From positions 1,860,001-1,924,000 of the forward strand of contig JAYWIR010000019.1 of NCBI GenBank assembly GCA_036172245.1: DNA of 64,000 nt, in the 5' to 3' direction. Position 1 is the first letter of the stretch, and every line of letters begins with the position of its first letter. Origin of the DNA: Raillietiella orientalis. Its lineage: Eukaryota. The notes beneath the pieces were generated by a model. The model did not search any database and was not told where the DNA came from. It saw nothing but the letters and a program-made list of their open reading frames with translations. Position numbers and translations under genes: made by a program. Shown here piece by piece: positions 1 to 13,033 of this stretch.

Positions 1-1095
1 GTGGACCAGGGACGAATGGTCTCCAAATTCGCGGGTACAGCCCGGAAAATTGGGGGAGGCGAACAGGAGATCGCCGCTGCTCCCTCCCCGCACCCACCCA
101 CCCACTTCCCTCCGAAGGCAGGGAAGAAGAAAGGGGGGAGTAGCGCTGTCAGAGTAGGAAAGGGTGGATGCGGGTCTGCAGACTGCCGGAGCATTCGCTG
201 CCGCCAGGGGACCGCGGCAGGATCTTTTTCCTCTTGCTCCCTCTCCCGCCTGCTTCCTAGCCCCACGACCTCCCGGAAATGGGAGTGGGGGGCTGGCGGG
301 CTGCAAGCCGTGTGCTCAGGAGAGCTTTCGGTGGTCCTATCCAGGATGGGTGGGAGTCGATTTCCCCCGGAACCTTCCCGGGTCCCTCGCAGCTCCCATG
401 CGCGAGGGAAGGAGCTCCTGCCGGCAGTCATCTGGGTCTTCTGGGAGGAGGGCAGCGGGGGAACCGCCGCCTCCGCGGGAAGCACTGCTCACCTGCCGCC
501 GTCGCTTCCGGTCAGGAGCGGCAGAAGATGGCGGGAGGGACGGAAAGCACCAGGACCGATGCGGCGACCTTCCTCCTCGCATTTCGAGCCGCCTCCACTA
601 CCCAGAGGTGCGGAAAAGATGAGGGGGGGGGGGGAAGAGGTCACCTTGCCTACCCGGGCGCCGCCGGCCTCGTCTGCCCCTCCCCGAGGACGGCCTGGCA
701 GGGAGCGCAGACTCCCACCACGCGCTCTTCCCTATTGGAGAACCTTTTCGCGGCGCTTTATCCGGAGGGACTGGGAAGAAGGGGATTTGTCCCGTCTGCC
801 ATACTCCTCGCCGAGAGCACGCCAGTCTTGCTGTTCCTCCTCCGCCCCCTCACCCCCTCCTCCCTTCTCTCTCTTCACAACAGCAAGGTGCCGAGGGCTT
901 AGCGCCGCAGCCAAGCTCCGTTCCACCCCTCCTCCAGACGGTCAGACTTGCTTGCTCTCCCTGCGAGCCCTGCTGGGTTGTCGTCGCAGCCTCAGGCGGC
1001 TGGGTCACAGGCCAACTTCTTCCCTTTCTCTCCCCCTCTTCACTGACCGATTTGCTCCTCGCTCTCCTCGCTCGCCCTGCAGGCTGTTTCGCAGT

Positions 1096-1119
1096 ATGGG
1101 CGGTGCTATAGCATGCAAA
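1096..1119 (+). CDS. Candidate alternative first coding mini-exon of the POU gene (MGGAIACK, phase 0)
   Basis: Branch-point-like CACTGAC (1041), pyrimidine tract and CAG acceptor (1080-1082), ATG at 1096, donor GTGAGC at 1120. The link to the POU gene is inferred only from strand and phase. Confidence 0.25.
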
Positions 1120-1499
1120 GTGAGCACAGGACGGGCTGCCTGGAAAGAGGGAGGGGAGGAGGGGGTGGCTCTTTGTGGCTCCCCTTTTCGGAGAAGGGGA
1201 GAGACGGTGTAAGCAGCAGGGTGGGCGCTCTCGCAATGGGTCGCCCCCTCGCGGGAGCGCGCGCGCGCCGCCACGCCGAGCGGCTGCTGCCGGTGTCGCG
1301 GCAGCGGCTGCCTTCCCTCGCGGGAATAACCTCCTGCGTCCCTCCCTTCCCAGTCCTCCTCCTCCTCTTCCTCCTCCCCCACTTCGAAGTTTCCTTCCCC
1401 CGCTGCTGCCGCAGCCGCCGCCGCCGCTTGCTGCTGCTTCTGTTGCTGCTGCTGCAGCCGCCGCCGCCGCCCGTCCCGTTTCTCCCGTGAGGTCATCGC

Positions 1500-1600
1500 G
1501 ACACGCCGAATCGATACGAAAGCGGGCGGGCGGGCGGCGCGCCCCGATTGGCTGAGTGGACAGCACGAGCGCGAGCGGCGCGCGCCGCAGCCGCCGCCGC
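1500..1600. promoter_or_regulatory. CpG-island-like promoter candidate (GC boxes, inverted CCAAT box)
   Basis: GCGGGCGGGCGGGCGG at ~1522, GATTGGCTG (reverse CCAAT) at ~1546, DRE-like AATCGATA at ~1510, and GCC/CAG-rich leader-like sequence on both sides. Confidence 0.4.
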
Positions 1601-1844
1601 GCTGACCGCCGGTTCCTCCGCCGCGGAGGGAGGATGGGAAGCGAGGAAGAAGAGCCCGCCGCCGCCGCCGCAGCAGCAGCAGCCATCCTCCGCTCCGCGA
1701 GTGCACTCGGCGAGCAGGGGAGAAAGGGAAGGGAGGAAGAGACTTCCTGGAGCGAGTGCCCCTGACGGACGCCCTGCGAGAATGGCCGGCGAAGTCGCGC
1801 GGGACCGCCGCCCCCGGTGACCGACGATTGCGGCAGCGCCCAAG

Positions 1845-1866
1845 ATGATCCTTGCGTGTTTCCAAG
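1845..1866 (+). CDS. Candidate first coding exon of the POU gene (MILACFQ-G, phase 1)
   Basis: CAAG-ATG context at 1845 and strong donor AG|GTAAAC at 1867. Phase 1 matches the acceptor at 21430, giving MILACFQ-G-VNGNLEADER. It lies downstream of the promoter candidate. Confidence 0.4.
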
Positions 1867-4800
1867 GTAAACCCGCGGGGCAGAGGGACGGGGGGAAGGA
1901 GAAGGGAAGGGGGCGGGGAACGTACACTCCCTCCTCCCCCTTCTCCCTCTCCTCCTTGTGCCCTCGCGCGTCGCCTCGTCGCGGGCGAGAAAAGCGGCGA
2001 GCTCGCCGCCATCGTCCTCTCCCGCGCGCGCGCGTGCGAGGGCGCGCGGGGGAGGGGGGAGGAAGGAGACGCGCAACCTCGGACGAGTGTTCCCGAAGCC
2101 GCTGATTGATCGTGGGAGCCGCGTCTCCTGGTGACAAGGAGGCGCGCCCCTGCAGTATCGAGGGAGGGAGGGTCTCCGAGCGGCCGTCCACGCGCTCGCT
2201 CGCTCCCGGGAGTCTCTCCCTGGAGACCACCAGCTGCGGCACCCCTTTTTTCTTCCGAGGGAGGAGGGGCAGGGGGGTCCTGGGCATTGGAGGCGCTCGC
2301 TCCCTCGGGATACTATCTTCCCGCCTCCCATCCTCCCACGCTCGTGCCTGTCCCCGCGGAAGGACGGCGCCCGCCCGCCTGCTCGCCGCTTTCTGGTGGC
2401 TCCCGGCGAGCGGAAAGAGAATGGAGGGAAGGAAAGGAAGGAGGGAGGGGAAGAGGCCGCCGGATTCCCGCGGGGCGAGCTTTCCCCCTCCCCCGCCCCG
2501 TCGCTGCGGGAGAAGAAGGGACCGCTCCCTCCCTCCGGCGCGCGCGCGCCGTCCGGTCAGCACGCCGCCGTCCGTCGCTCTCGAGACCGAAGGGGACGGA
2601 GGGCCAGGAGGACGGGGAGACCGGGAATCCCCTTCCCTGAGAGGAGGGGGGGAGGAGGGTGACGGCCTCGCGCGTCATCCCGTCGCATCGCGTTCACGCG
2701 AATCAATCTTCGGGACTCTCCTCATTTCCTCCCGCTTCCCAGAACGGCTCCCACAGGCATCACAAATCCGCGGTGTCGGACGCCCCGGACGAGGGGGTTG
2801 CGATTCCCCGAAGTCCTGCACTCCCGCTCCTCCATTCACGTCCGGAGATGGGAATCGCGTCCGAGGAGAGGGGAGTAAGAAAGGAAGGAAAGGAAGGAAT
2901 GAAAAAAAAAAAAAAAAACAGAAGAGAGAGGGGGGGGGGGGCAGTGGAGAACCCGGAGGACGAAGCGGGACACTTCGGGGACCTCGCGGCGGGAACCCCG
3001 AGACGGACGCGCGCGTCATTATTATTCATCCATTCCTCCCTTTGTGAGGGGGACTCCCCCGCCGCCTCCCTCCCGTAATGATCTCCCCCGCCCGGAACGT
3101 ATCCGGGAGGGGCAGGGGAGGAGGAGGAAGAGGAGGGGGGAAATTCCCTCCCGCCGCCCCGCGCCTCCCGCCTGCGGGACCCCGAAGGGAGGGAGAGCGA
3201 AAGAGAATTTTCATGGACGCGGCGGCGGCGGCGAGCGTCCTCCCGGCAGTCGCGAAGCCAGCCGGGAAGAGGATGAGGGGAGCCCGACGTGGGGGGAAAC
3301 TCCCAAATTATTCATGGGGAGGAATTCCCCCCGGGCTTCCCGGAGTCACACGCCGAGCGGCGAACGCCGTCGCCGGACGCTCCTTTCCCCCTCCCCTCCT
3401 CCTCCTCTTCCCGTTTCGCAACGCGCCCGAGAGAGGTGAGCGCGCGCGCGGGGCTTCCCGGTCGCCATGGCCGCGGACGTCCAGAGCCTTCCTTTCCTCC
3501 TTTTCCCTTTTTCCTCCTTCCCACCCCCTCAAACTCCCAAACCACGCGCCCTCCTGCGCACGGTGCAGGTAGGGGGAGGAGGATCGGCGTCTCAGGTGGC
3601 TGTACGCCACGGAGGAACTCGCCCGTCTGCGTGACCTGGCCACGTGGTCCGATCAAGCGCGTGCGCGCGCGCGCCTGAGAGAGAGAGGGAATGGCAGCAA
3701 CTCTCTCCCACCGGGCGTGCCTACCCCCACGGGAGGAAGGAGCGGGGGACGGGAACTGGCAGGAGGACAGGCATCTGCCTCTGCCACTCTCGAGGAAAAG
3801 GCGATCGACGGGGAATGGGGGAGGAAGGGAAGAAGGGGAGCACGCTGAGGCGAGGCCGGACGCTTCTGTGAGTGAGGGAACACACCCCTCTCCCCTTCCC
3901 GTGACTCCCGGTGCGGGTGGACGGGGCAGGACGGCAGCAGCAACCTCACACCTACCGCCTGCCCCCCTTTCTTCTTCTCTCTCCCCGCCGAATCATTTCG
4001 GGCCGAGGAGAAAGGAAGGGAAGCGGGGATTATTCCTTCTTCCCCTGACCGGGAGCACTCACTCTGCGTAGGGAAGAGGAGCAGGGAGCCAATCCCTCCA
4101 CCCGGAGCACCTCCACCCCGCTTTCTCTCCCCACTCCCCACATCGGCGATAGGCAGAGCGAACCAGTCACCCAACGCGCCTTCTCCGCCCGGAACGAGCA
4201 AAGAGCTTCGTTCTTTTTCCTTTTTCGGCCGTCACCCTTTTTGCCCACAGGAGCCTCCCAAGACGTCCTTGCTCGTTCCCCCCGGAAGCGCACGCACACT
4301 CCCTTCTCCTCCTTCCTGTCGGCGGCTCCGTGCGCTGTCGGCGGCTGCCCGTCCCTGCGTGTTGCGGGAGGCCACTTTTGCCGCCCCATCCCTGAGAGGA
4401 TCCCCATCCGGAGCCATCAGCGGCCCGTCCGCGGCACGGAAGGGAAGGGGGAGAGGGGTGTGCATGTGATCTCGGGAGGTGGCTTCTCAGATTTCCTCTT
4501 CCTTGGCAGTCGCGAGCCGCGTGTACCCGCTGTAGTCTCTAAGCACCCGCGCTGGAGATCACGCCGCCACAATAAAATTTTTGTATTTCAGGAGACTTAC
4601 TTAAGAAGATGGATCAAGGGAAGAACTCACCTTTCATGAAAAGTTAGTGCTTGTTTTTTTTATGAAGGGAGGGAGGGGGAGGGGAGAAGAATTTCCTACT
4701 TGCGTTCCCCATTTCCTTGCAGTTCTATTCTTTCCCGCTTCCCCATTTCCCTCCCCCTCCTTTTCCGTTCTGGTGACACGCCCCACGAGCCTCGATCTCT

Positions 4801-7800
4801 GCAACAGAGCGCGCGACCATAACGAGTTGAGTTCCTTTTTGCCTATAGCTCGAAAGAAACGGTGGCAGCAGCGGCAATAGACCTATCGCACAAAGTCCCT
4901 GCGTGTCCTCCCTCGCGTTGCCATCGTTCCCGTCGAGGATCGCCATGGCAGCCGTATGCGGGGCAGTCATCTGATCAGTCGAGCAGTCAACACGTTGGAT
5001 TCGTTTTTTTTTTTTCTTCCCTCCTTTCAAAAATAAACATCGCGCCTGATAATTAAAACGGAGAGAAAACAAATGTTCGATTATGGCATTGCGATTGTTT
5101 TTGGCCTTCTAGCCGGCTCCTGCTGCTGTTCTTCCCAGCTTCACTTTTCGATGAGCGTAGAATCAGCGGCTCCGTTCCTCGTTTCCCCGTCCACCGGTTC
5201 CAAGGGTTTTCTTTCCTCTTCTCTTCCTTCTTTCCCCCCCCCCCTCCCTGTTTTTTCCCTCTCTCTACCATTTTGTAGCTTTTCGTGGCGCAAAGAACAG
5301 GAGCAAATGAGATTTTAAAGACGCTGGGGAATGAATTGTGCCGGAGGTACTCCCACAGCTAGTGAACTTGATCGTAACGAATTTGTTAAAAGAGAGCAGA
5401 AGAGAAAAACGAGAGGCAGGAATTCCTGCAAGCAAACTTTAATTCCTTTCGTGAAGTTACCACGCGTGATGTATGAATCCGAGCACACAGCGAAGAAGCA
5501 TGCGGCGGGCAATTTGACGAGAAGTCTGAAATCAAAGTTTCCGAAAATTCCGGAGTTCTTCTGATCCCTGCATCGCGGGATAATCTGCGGCATCGATTGC
5601 GACGGTGGGTTTCGATCAAATGCAGGCGTAATCCGCGATTTTTTCAAGAAAAATTGCTGCATTTTGTGAATGGATTCGCGTGTGTAACCGATGCGGAGTC
5701 GCGTCGTGGTGTGCACACACACTTCAGTTTCCCGAGAAGGCTGGCCATCTTCGGAAACTGGACGAGGAACTCGTAAACGCTCCTCCCCGTCAGGATGAGA
5801 AAATGATTCTCGCGTCTGGTATATTTTTTTTTTTTTTCCTCCTTTCTGTCGGAAGGAAGAGGAACGCGATCCCGTTCCAGTGCCGGGGGGAGTGCTGCTA
5901 GCGCTTCCTGCGTCTTGCCGATTCGGTTCCGTGGAAAAAACCCGAGGAGGGCTGCTGCCCTTCTCGGGCAACAAGACGACCCCGCCAGGTCACACGGAAC
6001 ATTCCGAGGCCGCGAGCGAATCCGTACGATCCCCTTACGAGGGAAACGTTCGGTATGCGTTCATGCATGGTTTCTCCACCGTTTGGAGATATTTAAAACG
6101 CCTTTAATAGAGGGTCACCAAAAGTTGATGGTCTGCGGACAAAACGCTCACCCGGGAGCCATTTCAAAGTGGAACATGATGTTAACTTTTACTGCGCTCT
6201 TTTGCTCTTGTGCCCGCAATCCTCCGATCACGCAAGCAGCAGCAGTCGAGAGCGGAGCCTAGAATCGAAAACGCCCAGCATCACTTGAGGAGGATCCATC
6301 CCAAACGTTCCAGAGGGTGGTATACAGTTCCTGCTCCCATTTTCGCTGCCGTGTAATGGAAGAGCGCGCGAAACCCGTTGCATTTATTATGCATTCCATT
6401 TTTCTTATTTTTTTCCCTTCATCCCCCCCCCCCCTTCTTCCTCCTCTTCTTCCTTCTTCTTCCTTTCGTTTTTCCGCAGCCTGAGAAAACAAATTTCCCG
6501 GTATTCGTCACACCACTTGAACAAAAACAGGTCATGAATATCAGAAGTAGAAGGAAACCCGCACAAATCAGATCTTAACCGTGGTTTGCTACTCGACGAG
6601 TAACCAGGTGACGGGGGGACTCAGCCATTTACGGATGAGGCATTCTCTTAAGATGATGTAGCACATATGGCGCGTTTAATCACCGATCGAACGCCGCGAA
6701 AAAGCCGTCACCTTAACTCTGGCCAACTGCCATTAACGTCCCAACTTTAATTGTGACCCGTTGCTGCTCTTAACTAAATATTTGATCCCTTTCCCCCCTC
6801 CCCCCCCCTCTCTTCTTCTTCTTCTTCCTTTTTTTTTTTTTTTTTTTTAAGGGATTGCTGCATTGTTTCCTGTGAGTGGGAGAGATCTTTTAAAAGTGTG
6901 AAACGATACGAGAGGAAATAATTGGCCAAATGAATTTCCCTTCCTGCAAGTGTTGATATTTATAATTAAGTCGGCTGCAGAGAGTGGGGAAAGAGAAAAG
7001 CCGTTGTCAAGCATGCATACGGCATGGCGGAAAAGTATTACCAGTACTTCAGCGAAGGCAGTAATTTGTTGTTATTATTATTATTTTTCCCCCCTTTTAA
7101 CAACTGGCAAGTCATCATCAACAACTACCAAAAAAAAAGGGGGGGGGGCGAAAGGAGAGAAAGAAAGGAAAAAGGAAAGACAGAAAGAAAATTTCCACTG
7201 GAATCGTAACTCACAGTGATAGCAAGCAGATGATTGTGACTGGCAGAAGTTCTATAGGAGCGAACAATGAAGAGCATTGAATAGGAAAACGGGAATCACA
7301 CACACTTATTTCCGTGAGCCAAATGGACTCCTCATGATCGCATAAGATGACTGGAAGCAAATTATGCCGTCATTACCATGGGAAGAGTTTGCAGTTCGGG
7401 AGTCTGTTTGGTGAGCAGTTGGAATGCGCTGTGGCTTTTTCTTTCCCTCTCGGTGTGCTGGACGAGTGGGACCGGAGATCAAAGTTCAGTGATCACTGCA
7501 TACGATCAGCGGGAAGTGCGGCGGCGTCTTTGGGAAGCGCCTGCTGCAAGAGTTGCAGAACGATTATTCGAGTCGCATGAGAAGGGCGTGTTTGAGCCGA
7601 ATGCAAACCGAAAACGCATTCGCGTGTCGCAGTTTCTCGTTCTTCTCCTAACTGGTCACGTTCTCCTGCCGCTTCTTTCCGACATTTCCTCTTTCCTTTT
7701 TTTTTTTTCTTTTCTTTCTTTCCTTTTTTTTTTTCTTTTTTCTTTTTTTAGAGTTTCATGCTTTCCTCGTGTGCGCTAATGCAAGAGACCCGCTCCTGCG

Positions 7801-8772
7801 TCAGCTCCCGGAACCTCTGGCGGATGGAATAGGATTGGTGTGTGTGGCCGCCATTCTTGTGGGCGAAGCTGTTGTTATAAAGTTTCTGGGAACAATCCTC
7901 TAGTTGGTCGCGCCCCTCTTTGTTGCTCCTAATCCCGACTTTCTCCTGTCCTCGGGATGAAGCAGTGGGCAGTTTCTCTCTTCCTATCCTTTCGCGTACC
8001 AGGAACAAGTACGAGAGCAGGAACTCTTCTCGTGGTACTCCCCGATGCTCACTGTCGCAGGAGAAAGATTATCCTCGTTCCCAGTTCACCCCCGGGATGC
8101 GAAAAGGGTTCATGAAACGGGAAGTGGCAGGACGAATCGTGTGCGTGCGCTGCATTTATGGAAAAGCAAATTTTCACCGACTCTTGACCGTTTCGAAATC
8201 GGGACCGAAAGATTCGAATCACCCCCCCCCCCCGTTCCGCTTCCTTAGGACAGTGGCTTTTAAAGGCATACATGGAAAGTGGTCATTTTCCGGACGACCG
8301 CGTCGGTCAGCGATTGCGTGTTCCAGCGTCGCTATCAGGCACCGCTGCTGCCCGCTGCCGTCGGGGGTAGACGCTCGTTTGGCCAGTGTCTCTCTTTAGA
8401 GACGGCACGTTTCGGGAACGCCTGGATCCGAGCACGGGAAAGGGCTTCGCCCAAGAGTTCGGGAGGGGGGAGCCGGACTAGCCCCGGAGAAATTCCACCT
8501 TCGTCATTGTCATCGACGACCATAAATCGGGTGCTGAAAGTGCGAATCGGGGCGAACGAACGCCGCTGTGCACTCCTGCAGGAAGAGGCGTCGCAGAGAG
8601 GCAGCGTTTCTTGCAAAGTGTGATCGATCTCTTCGTCTCGTCCGAGAATCCTCCCGCCGCCGTGTAAACCACCAGAAGCACGGGAAGCGCAAGGGGGCTC
8701 TTCCGCTCCCTGGTTCCCAGAGCGTGAGCACAGTGGAAACACACATAAGCACGAGCACGTGCGCCCACGCAG

Positions 8773-8795
8773 ACACACACACACACACACACACA
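8773..8795. repeat. (AC)n microsatellite
   Basis: About 11 perfect AC units. Confidence 0.9.
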
Positions 8796-10812
8796 GACGC
8801 TGGAGAGGGAGCGACGGGAAAGAGGCAGCCGATACGACTCAGCGGAGACAGGGCTTCTGTGCTTGCTGTTCCGCTGCGCGTCCACTCGCTGGGCGTCAGT
8901 GGACACGCCGCCGATTTGCCCATTGTGTGTGTCCCAAGATTTCTCAGATGTGTGTGCGATCGATACGGCGCCGATTAGCTGGAAGAAATGCTCCCTTTGC
9001 TTCAAATGCGACCGCAAAGACAAGAGGAGACTCAGCAGAGAGATGCAGGCGGAATAGAAATCGACGACGCAAATCAGGACAGTCTGTTTCGCCTTCGCCT
9101 GTTTTTTTCCTTTCCTTTCTTTCTATCTTTCTTTCTTCTTCCTCTTCTCCTTCTTCTTCACTCCCTGTTCCTCTCATTGCATTTTCCGAGTTAAAAAAAT
9201 TGGTACAAATCTTCCGGATCGCTAAAGGCATACGAAACAGGTTCGGCTCTTATCCCATTTCCTCGAAGACGAAGGTACCTTCGACTTGCGGAGAAAAGAA
9301 CGTGTGGCACATTTTCTCGCCTCTTCCTTTTCGTAACCTCAGACGGTTCTCGTAGCTCTCGTGCTTCGTACATCCCTCTTTCGCTTTTAATCCCGTTCCT
9401 TATCCCGTGATTTTTCCGGAAGCGTCTCCGGGTGCCTCCGGTTATGAAAAATCGCTTCCAGCTCCGATGTTCGGTGGGCATCGGGCCGCATCCCCCCATT
9501 CTGGCAAAGAGATTGCCCTCTACCCGAGTGCATTGACTTTGAATGGGTCGCACGGCATCCGTCTCAGCATGCCGCGGATCGGGCGAAAGTTTGACCACCT
9601 GCTCCAGTTGACCGGGTTTTCCGCGCGAACGTGGAAACCTCCTCTCCCCCCCCCCCCTTTTCCCCCTCCCCGTTCGAATGGAACTGGTCGATCGATCCCG
9701 GACTTCGCATCGAGGACCTCGACCGTTTGTCTCTTTCCCCGACCACCTTTCCGGAGGAGCCCCTCGGAAGTTTTCGCACGGACAAGTTGCTCGGTAATTT
9801 CATCGAAAGTCGCCGCCATCCTCCTCCTATTTGTTTTGCAGGGAAATTTGTTTCCCGGGCCGCGACGGAGGGTCTGCTCCACTCAGCGGAATTGTGCTCC
9901 CATCAGAGCACTATTACGCTTTTTCTTAATGCTGTTACTGTTTTTCAGATCAGCCGAGATTTTCGGATTTCTTTTATGAACGGTTGCGCCGAGGTCTGCA
10001 CCGCGCGAGACTTTTTCTGTCCACAAACACGCGGAGGCTCTTCTTGCATTGGACGGAGGGCCTCGTTTAAATTACGAATCTCGTTAAACGGCACTTGTGG
10101 TTATTTCTGAGGAAATTTCGGTGCAATTTTTGCGCCGGTGCATGCAATTATTTTTTCATTATGTTGTAAAATAGGCTTCTCTCCCGTGCGGACATCTCGG
10201 AGCTTCTTGCGTCACTGCGAGCGTTGTGAAGTTCCTTTGGGGTTTCCACCATCGTCACTTCCGTAAGAAATTGGAAAAGCACCCTGCTGGCCAACGGCCG
10301 CGAGTTGTCCTTCCCCTACGTTCAGGAAGAAGAAAGAGTTCCCGGAAAATTTCCCCCCATGCATGTCTCCTGTCCCTAGATACAGGTGCCTTCCCCCCCT
10401 CCTGTTTTGCAATCAGATTTTGTTTTCATTTTTATTTTTTACTTTTTTTTTTCCGATTTTTTTCTTTTTTTTTTCTTCCTTCTTTCACGGTTTCGGCCTT
10501 GAATATGCTAATTACTTGGAATGGTAACGCGAAAATGGCGTGGATCGAAGATTTTATCCGAAGGTCTTCCACGCAAAATGAATGTCCGGTCTTGCTACCA
10601 GTAGGAAACTCCACAGAGATTTGTAAATAATCTAGCGGAGCAGGTAATTTTCATCATGTTCTCCCTCCCCTCTCCCCCCCCCCTTTTTTTTCCATATTGG
10701 AAACGCATGCATTCTCTTGAAAACGTGCTATCTGAAGAACTCGCTAAGGACAGCTTGGATCTTGCGATGTCGAAGAGTTAAAAATAGTGAAGAATATGTA
10801 TATGTACATATA

Positions 10813-10814
<2 letters not shown>

Positions 10815-10882
<68 letters not shown>
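10815..10882. repeat. (TG)34 microsatellite
   Basis: Perfect TG run preceded by a TA-rich alternating purine-pyrimidine tract. Confidence 0.95.
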
Positions 10883-10884
<2 letters not shown>

Positions 10885-12987
10885 TGTTAGGAAAAACCAT
10901 GCCTTCTGGTGTATCCAAGCAGCTCTTCCCCCAAACGCGAGAGGCCCTTTACACGTTGGTGACTGTGTTCTTGCGCGAGCTGGAATCGGGGGTCCCGTCT
11001 GAACTTGGGCTGCTGCGTTCCGAGCCAAAGCTCCCCTTAATGCTGCTATTTCATGCATCTGGGCAAGTCAGACTCGACAACCTCTATTTCTCAATCTTGC
11101 AATCACTACAGTAGTAATCTTCTTTGACACTTTCGAATTTATATTATTGAATTATTCATGACGCAAGCTTGTGCCATATCGAATCAGAGAATTCATCCTT
11201 TTTAAATACTCTACGCGGAAATTAATTTCGTTGACTATCGGGTCGAAAATAGAATTAGGATAATCACCACCTCTATCGATTGCGCCTGCCTGGCTCGTGA
11301 ACCCGCAGGAATTCTGCTCGTCCTCCAGCAGCCCTCTTGATTTTCTTCCAGCGGCCACGTTAAAATAAGTCGGCTGCTCATATTCCAACTTGTTTAATCT
11401 CCTCAAGCGTTCGCCTTTTGAGCCGTGCGGCCCCGTCATTACTATCTGTCCAGTATCTTAACTGGTAAATTAGCAGTAATCCACTCCGGAATGCATCCCG
11501 GGCGATGTGGTTTCTCAGGAAAAAGTTTTTCGATCTAATGATAGCCTTTTGTTGTTGTTTAGTAGTGGATCCAGGCGGTAGCCCCGCGACTCGTGCCGAA
11601 CCCCCCACTGAAAGGCTTCTTCGCCCAGTACTGAATGCCGGTGATCGGCAATGGCAAAAAGCCATCATTTTCTGTGCATTCCCTATTCATTTGGCGCAGA
11701 GAATTTTGGCAGCTGGAGCCGTTCTTTTATTACGTGCGCTTCCCGAAAAATTATCGATTAAAACGCATCGAAACGCAGGTCTCCTTTTCAATCCGGGGGG
11801 AACCTTCGAGGATTTCCAGATCTGCGAGCCGCTCTTCGGATGAAACACCTTTCGCGAACACTCTCCGGTAGCTTTTTCACCCACGTTTCCAGGGGCTTCC
11901 CGGTCCGCCATCGGAAATTCAATTTTTCCAAGCATTTGGAGCACTCTAAATCGATGCCTAAGAGAGCGCCGTCCACCTCTTCGTTGTTTCCCTCTCGCAC
12001 CGGCGGCGTTCTGGTCACATTCTTATTCGTTGATGACGTTTTTTGTCGGATGCCTTTCTTCACGCTGCCATCCGCCTCCGAAGCCTAACGGTGGCTGGAT
12101 GCACCTTGTTTTGTCTAAACGCAGCGGGATGAAATTCAACGGCAATTCGCCAATCCATCACGCTCGACAAGAATTTCCAGGAGGAGGTCGACGCGCACAC
12201 TGAAAAAGATCTTTGGAGTGCCGTGTCCGCAGCATCTAAGGTTCGGACCAGTGACGTACTCATGCCGTGCGCGGGCGCAGCACCGTACGAATCTCGTCTT
12301 TCCGTTTCTGCAGCCAGATGCTTGAAACTGAGGTTTATTGTTCCTCTTGTGTTTTTTAATCCCTGGTGTCCGGTGGCCGTGCTTCGTTCTGTTTTTGGCA
12401 AGATGAATGAATGAAACCGTGTGCCGAAGGAATCTTCTTCCCTCTTCCTCCTCTTTGCCGATCTGAAGATCTGTTGAGGAGACTTTCGTGGGAATTCGCG
12501 TGCTGGTCGAGTTGTTGAATTAATTCGTGCACATGGTACGAAGTACCGAATGCCGACAAGAATTCCCTTCTCCCCCTCCCCCATTTTCTCCCACTAATTG
12601 CTGCTAAATTATATCCACTGTTTTCTAAACATAAAGTAAAAAACAGCGAACGTGCCGTTTGTAGAGGGTGAAATGCTTGAATTACGCGAGCTCGATAGAG
12701 AAGTGGAACGAATGTCTGGATGAGTGGATGTGCCGGTTCCCGTCCTCATCCGATCGGCGGATGCTGGAAGTGCCTCCGCAATCCCGGCCTTCGCATGCAT
12801 CCCAAAACGCTTCGCGAGACCTCCGCATTTACATGTTTGTGCCTCGCAGATCGCTCTGCATTTGCAAATTATCCTTGGACTAATGTGAGCCATGCGTGTG
12901 TGCGCGTTCGTTTCGTTTCCCTCTGCCTGGGAGACCCTCGCGAGTCGTGCCTTCGGGCTCACCATTTGCAGCCAAAGTTTTCGAAAG

Positions 12988-13032
<45 letters not shown>
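12988..13032. repeat. Imperfect (AC)n microsatellite
   Basis: AC run with one AA interruption. Confidence 0.9.

Positions 13033-13033
<1 letters not shown>

Noticed and set aside
1..4400. Many long overlapping ORFs of 200-490 aa on both strands
   Set aside because: R/G/P/A-rich translations of very GC-rich, stop-poor DNA, with no domains and no consistent codon bias.
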